DNA of 8,657 bases from Halalkalibacterium halodurans (GTDB lineage Bacteria; Bacillota; Bacilli; Bacillales; Bacillaceae_D), in assembly GCF_004376175.1 (NCBI RefSeq), contig NZ_SNUY01000003.1, positions 8,156 through 16,812 on the forward strand. Reading direction: 5' to 3'. The position numbers and the translations under genes are program-made. This document shows positions 6,316 to 8,657 of the stretch, piece after piece (position 1 is the stretch's first letter; every line of letters begins with the position of its first letter). Under the pieces are notes generated by a model. That model made no database searches, had not been told where the DNA came from, and was given only the letters and a program-made list of their open reading frames with translations.

Positions 6316-6982
6316 ATATAAAATTTTAATCGCTGATGATGAAGAACAAATGCTAGTATTACTTAGCTCGTATTTAGAAAAAGATGGATATTTAACTTGT
6401 ACTGCAAATGATGGGAATGAAGTATTGGAACTCTGGAAAAAAGGAACCTTTGATTTAGTAATCCTAGATATCATGATGCCTAAACTAGATGGTTTTACAG
6501 TTTGTCAAAAAATACGAGAGATATCAAATGTACCCGTCATCATGTTAACCGCAAAGGGTGAAGAGGTTAACAGGATCAATGGATTAAAAATGGGTGCTGA
6601 TGAATACATTGTAAAGCCATTCAGCCCAAAAGAATTAGTTGCTCGTGTTGAGGCTTTATTAAGAAGATCAAATAATTTTAAAGAAAAGCAAAACTTGTAT
6701 AAATTAGGTGAATTAGTTGTTGATTTAGATGGATATAAAGTTGAAGTGGCCGGTAAACTTGTTAACTTAACAAGGAAAGAGTTTAGTCTCTTGAATTTCT
6801 TGATTAGCAACAAGGGTCAAGTATTTTCAAGAGAACATTTACTTGACCGTATATGGGGAATAGAAAGCACGGGAACTTTGAGAACAGTGGATACACATGT
6901 AAAAACCCTTAGGATTAAATTAAGTACTGCTGGGACTTATATCCAAACGGTTTGGGGAGTTGGGTACAAATTCGAGGTCTAA
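6308..6982 (+). CDS. OmpR/PhoB-family two-component response regulator (receiver plus winged-helix DNA-binding domain)
   Basis: Receiver residues: ILIADDEEQ, phospho-acceptor Asp in LVILDIMMPKLDG, IMLTAKG, YIVKPF. Winged helix: LTRKEFSLLNFLISNKGQVFSREHLLDRIWG...RTVDTHVKTLRIKL...IQTVWGVGYKF. ATG at 6308 lies 6 nt after AGGTGG; the ORF track's GTG at 6299 is a less likely start. Confidence 0.93.
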   Translation: MNEYKILIADDEEQMLVLLSSYLEKDGYLTCTANDGNEVLELWKKGTFDLVILDIMMPKLDGFTVCQKIREISNVPVIMLTAKGEEVNRINGLKMGADEYIVKPFSPKELVARVEALLRRSNNFKEKQNLYKLGELVVDLDGYKVEVAGKLVNLTRKEFSLLNFLISNKGQVFSREHLLDRIWGIESTGTLRTVDTHVKTLRIKLSTAGTYIQTVWGVGYKFEV

Positions 6983-7131
6983 AATTATTTAATAAATACG
7001 GAATAAAACATAAGATTTGGATAACTATTATTGTGGTTTCATTAATAATGATCGTTACTGGAGCTGGGTTAACGTATTATTTATCTAAAACAGGCGAGAA
7101 AACTCCCTCTTCAAGCGTGTGGCGGACGTAG
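6952..7131 (+). pseudogene. 5-prime stub of the cognate sensor histidine kinase (N-terminal TM segment only), interrupted by the IS3-family element
   Basis: The frame overlapping the response regulator stop reads ...KLFNKYGIKHKIWITIIVVSLIMIVTGAGLTYYLSKTGEKTPSSSVWRT*. This is a short cytoplasmic N-terminus plus one TM helix, as in OmpR-partner kinases, in the expected operon position. There is no HAMP, HisKA or HATPase sequence. The frame ends at TAG 7129..7131, where IS-end sequence begins. The start codon is uncertain: the only in-frame start is TTG at 6952, without an SD. Confidence 0.45.
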
Positions 7132-7152
7132 CCCCGGATTAACCCCCGTATT

Positions 7153-7162
7153 TTGGACAGTA
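7153..7162. repeat. Subterminal inverted-repeat core of the IS3-family element (partner at 8627..8636)
   Basis: TTGGACAGTA at 7153..7162. TACTGTCCAA at 8627..8636 is its exact reverse complement. Flanking IR positions are imperfect. Confidence 0.5.
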
Positions 7163-7350
7163 TCTCTCTTAATCTCACTTTATCTTAAAATTACATCCTT
7201 TTTCGTTTCCTTTTGTCCTTTTGAGATGATAGCCATTTCTTCCATTCCTTCAAGGATAAAGGCTTTGCCCGACTATCGTCGCCCTTGACTCCATTCCAGA
7301 AATAGCTGAAATAATTTTTGGGACAAAAGGAAGAAAAATAGAAGGGGTGA

Positions 7351-8229
7351 TTAAACCCGTACCTCTTTGATTTTCACGTTTTCATATTGTTGCTTTTCAT
7401 AAAACTCATTTGGCGACAAGTCTAAAATGCTAGAATGCATGCGTCTTTCGTTATAAAACACCATAAACTCTGCGACTGCTTCATAGGCTTGTGCATACGT
7501 TTCAAATTGCCATCTTGATAAACAATCATCCTCAAAAATTCTATGAAAAGACTCAATGTGAGCATTCATATTTGGTGTTTTTGGAGGAATTCTTTCATGT
7601 TCCAGTGTATATTTTTCGCAAAATTCTTCAAAGGCATGGGAAATAAACTGTGGTCCATTATCTGTGCGAATCACAGGTTTTTCCAATTCATTAATCTGTT
7701 TGCGCTTGAATAATGCCCGCAAAAGGGTTTGCTTTAGATCTTTTGTCGTGCAGCTTAATCCCATATAGTATTCAACAATACTGCGATCATAAACGTCGAT
7801 GATTGACAATACAAAGAAGAATCGGTCTTCACCTTCAATATAGCCATATTTAATGTCAATCTCCCACAATTTGTTTGAACTCTTAATCGTGCGATTTCTA
7901 GCTAGTTTTCTAGGATAAGAGACTTTCTTTTGCCGTTGCGGACGTAAAATACCAAGATCCTTGCACAACCGGTAAACTTTTTTCTTATTGATTATAAGAT
8001 TGTATTTTCGACGAAGTAATTTTGTTAATTTACGGTAGCCATAGTTGAAGCCATCGCCTGCAATTTCTTCAAGTAGGTATTCTTTGATTTGTTCGTCTGA
8101 TACCTTTTGGCCGTCCTTTTTGATAGAATAACCGGGTGTTGGACGTCCCTCACTTGCTTTTTTCTCTTCCACACGATAATTCTTTTGATAATAGTATGTG
8201 GAACGCGAAATACCGATGATTTTCAGCAC
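7351..8229 (-). CDS. IS3-family transposase OrfB (DDE/RNase H-fold catalytic domain), expected to be expressed as an OrfAB fusion by -1 frameshifting
   Basis: D in WEIDIKYGYI, D in VIRTDNGPQF, and E in NAHIESFHR exactly 35 residues after the second D (DD35E). The orfB frame is open upstream of the GTG at 8229, back to the slippery site at 8301..8307. Confidence 0.9.
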   Translation of the reverse strand: MLKIIGISRSTYYYQKNYRVEEKKASEGRPTPGYSIKKDGQKVSDEQIKEYLLEEIAGDGFNYGYRKLTKLLRRKYNLIINKKKVYRLCKDLGILRPQRQKKVSYPRKLARNRTIKSSNKLWEIDIKYGYIEGEDRFFFVLSIIDVYDRSIVEYYMGLSCTTKDLKQTLLRALFKRKQINELEKPVIRTDNGPQFISHAFEEFCEKYTLEHERIPPKTPNMNAHIESFHRIFEDDCLSRWQFETYAQAYEAVAEFMVFYNERRMHSSILDLSPNEFYEKQQYENVKIKEVRV

Positions 8230-8267
8230 TTTTGAAATGGAGTAGCCTTCTTGAATCCACTTGTCAG

Positions 8268-8579
8268 CTACTTCAAGTTTTTCAGCAAGTGAGGGTTTTT
8301 CTTTTTTATAAGATCTCGTAGAATGGCGATTTCAAGGTCTTTTTCACCTAATATTATTTTAAGCTTTTCATTTTCCTCGGATAACTCTTTGGAATCAAGA
8401 TCCGGCAGCACAGTTACATCTACTTCACCGTATTTGCCCTCCTTATATTCACGAATCCAACGACTTACCATGTTCGGATTCAGTTCATATCGACGGGCTA
8501 CTAAGGAATTATTGCCTGTCTCAGTGGCTTCTTTTACGACTTGTAATTTGAAACCTTTTGAGTGTCTTGTTCGTTTCAT
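8268..8579 (-). CDS. IS3-family transposase OrfA (HTH DNA-binding, leucine-zipper-like C-terminus)
   Basis: MKRTRHSKGFKLQVVKEATETGNNSLVARRYELNPNMVSRWIREYKEGK... ATG at 8579 lies 8 nt after AAGGAGG (reverse complement of 8588..8594). The longer ORF-track start at 8642 has no SD and adds non-homologous residues. Confidence 0.9.
   Translation of the reverse strand: MKRTRHSKGFKLQVVKEATETGNNSLVARRYELNPNMVSRWIREYKEGKYGEVDVTVLPDLDSKELSEENEKLKIILGEKDLEIAILRDLIKKKNPHLLKNLK
8301..8307 (-). promoter_or_regulatory. Programmed -1 ribosomal frameshift heptamer A AAA AAG joining orfA to orfB
   Basis: Minus strand: ...CTT ATA AAA AAG AAA AAC... in the orfA frame. After a -1 slip it reads KKEKPSLAEKLEVADKWIQEGYSISKVLKIIG..., which is continuous with OrfB. 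The site lies 33 nt upstream of the orfA stop. Confidence 0.75.
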
Positions 8580-8657
8580 GATGTCAGCCTCCTTGGTACA
8601 ATAAGTAGTATAATATTTATTACTCTTACTGTCCAAGTTCATTTAGGGGCTATAGAG

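Larger units (their letters stand above)
7129..8657 (-). mobile_element. IS3-family insertion sequence (orfA / orfB with programmed -1 frameshift), apparently intact. Exact termini are unresolved, and the right terminus is at or beyond the window edge.
   Basis: Two overlapping transposase frames, a slippery heptamer and a DD(35)E triad. Inverted matching end motifs: TTGGACAGTA at 7153..7162 versus its reverse complement at 8627..8636, and TAGCCCC at 7129..7135 versus its reverse complement at 8646..8652. Confidence 0.85.

Noticed and set aside
6505-6813. Minus-strand ORF 6505..6813
   Set aside because: It is antisense to the response regulator gene.
8323-8642. Plus-strand ORF 8323..8604, and the N-terminal extension of orfA to 8642
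   Set aside because: The plus-strand ORF is antisense to orfA. The 21-residue extension has no SD, whereas AAGGAGG precedes the ATG at 8579, where the conserved MKRTR... begins.
1-8657. CRISPR arrays, tRNA/rRNA genes, riboswitch-like leaders, toxin-antitoxin or defence gene pairs
   Set aside because: I could find no regularly spaced direct repeats, no cloverleaf-like or rRNA-like segments, and no paired small ORFs with recognisable motifs. The intergenic regions are short and are explained by promoters and terminators.

Overview
Low-GC (roughly 35%) Firmicutes, Bacillaceae-like, chromosomal segment. Intact housekeeping and metal-homeostasis genes are interleaved with an unusually high density of mobile-element sequence and gene remnants.

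Intact genes:
- a 109-aa signal-anchored two-Cys protein, followed by a SCO1/SenC lipoprotein with a CxxxC motif;
- a feoA-feoB ferrous-iron uptake operon in which FeoB is encoded as two adjacent ORFs (GTPase domain, then permease);
- an OmpR/PhoB-family response regulator.

Mobile or decayed content:
- the 5-prime end of an IS200/IS605-family tnpB running off the left edge;
- a large serine recombinase remnant that lacks the catalytic domain, is frameshifted in a CA tract, and is probably also cut at its 3-prime end;
- a CopD-like 3-prime fragment and a YtkA-like 3-prime fragment fused head to head at about 2972;
- a composite SH3b / YVTN beta-propeller pseudogene;
- only the first ~50-60 codons of the sensor kinase that should follow the response regulator, interrupted by an apparently intact IS3-family element (orfA/orfB, A AAA AAG -1 frameshift site, DD(35)E triad) that runs to the right edge.

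I saw no rRNA, tRNA or CRISPR array, and I cannot support any complete novel multi-gene system. The most checkable oddities are the split FeoB, the operator-like palindrome that fills the feo promoter spacer, the deletion scar in the copper locus, the hairpin between the recombinase remnant and tnpB, and the long structured non-coding tail of the IS3 element.
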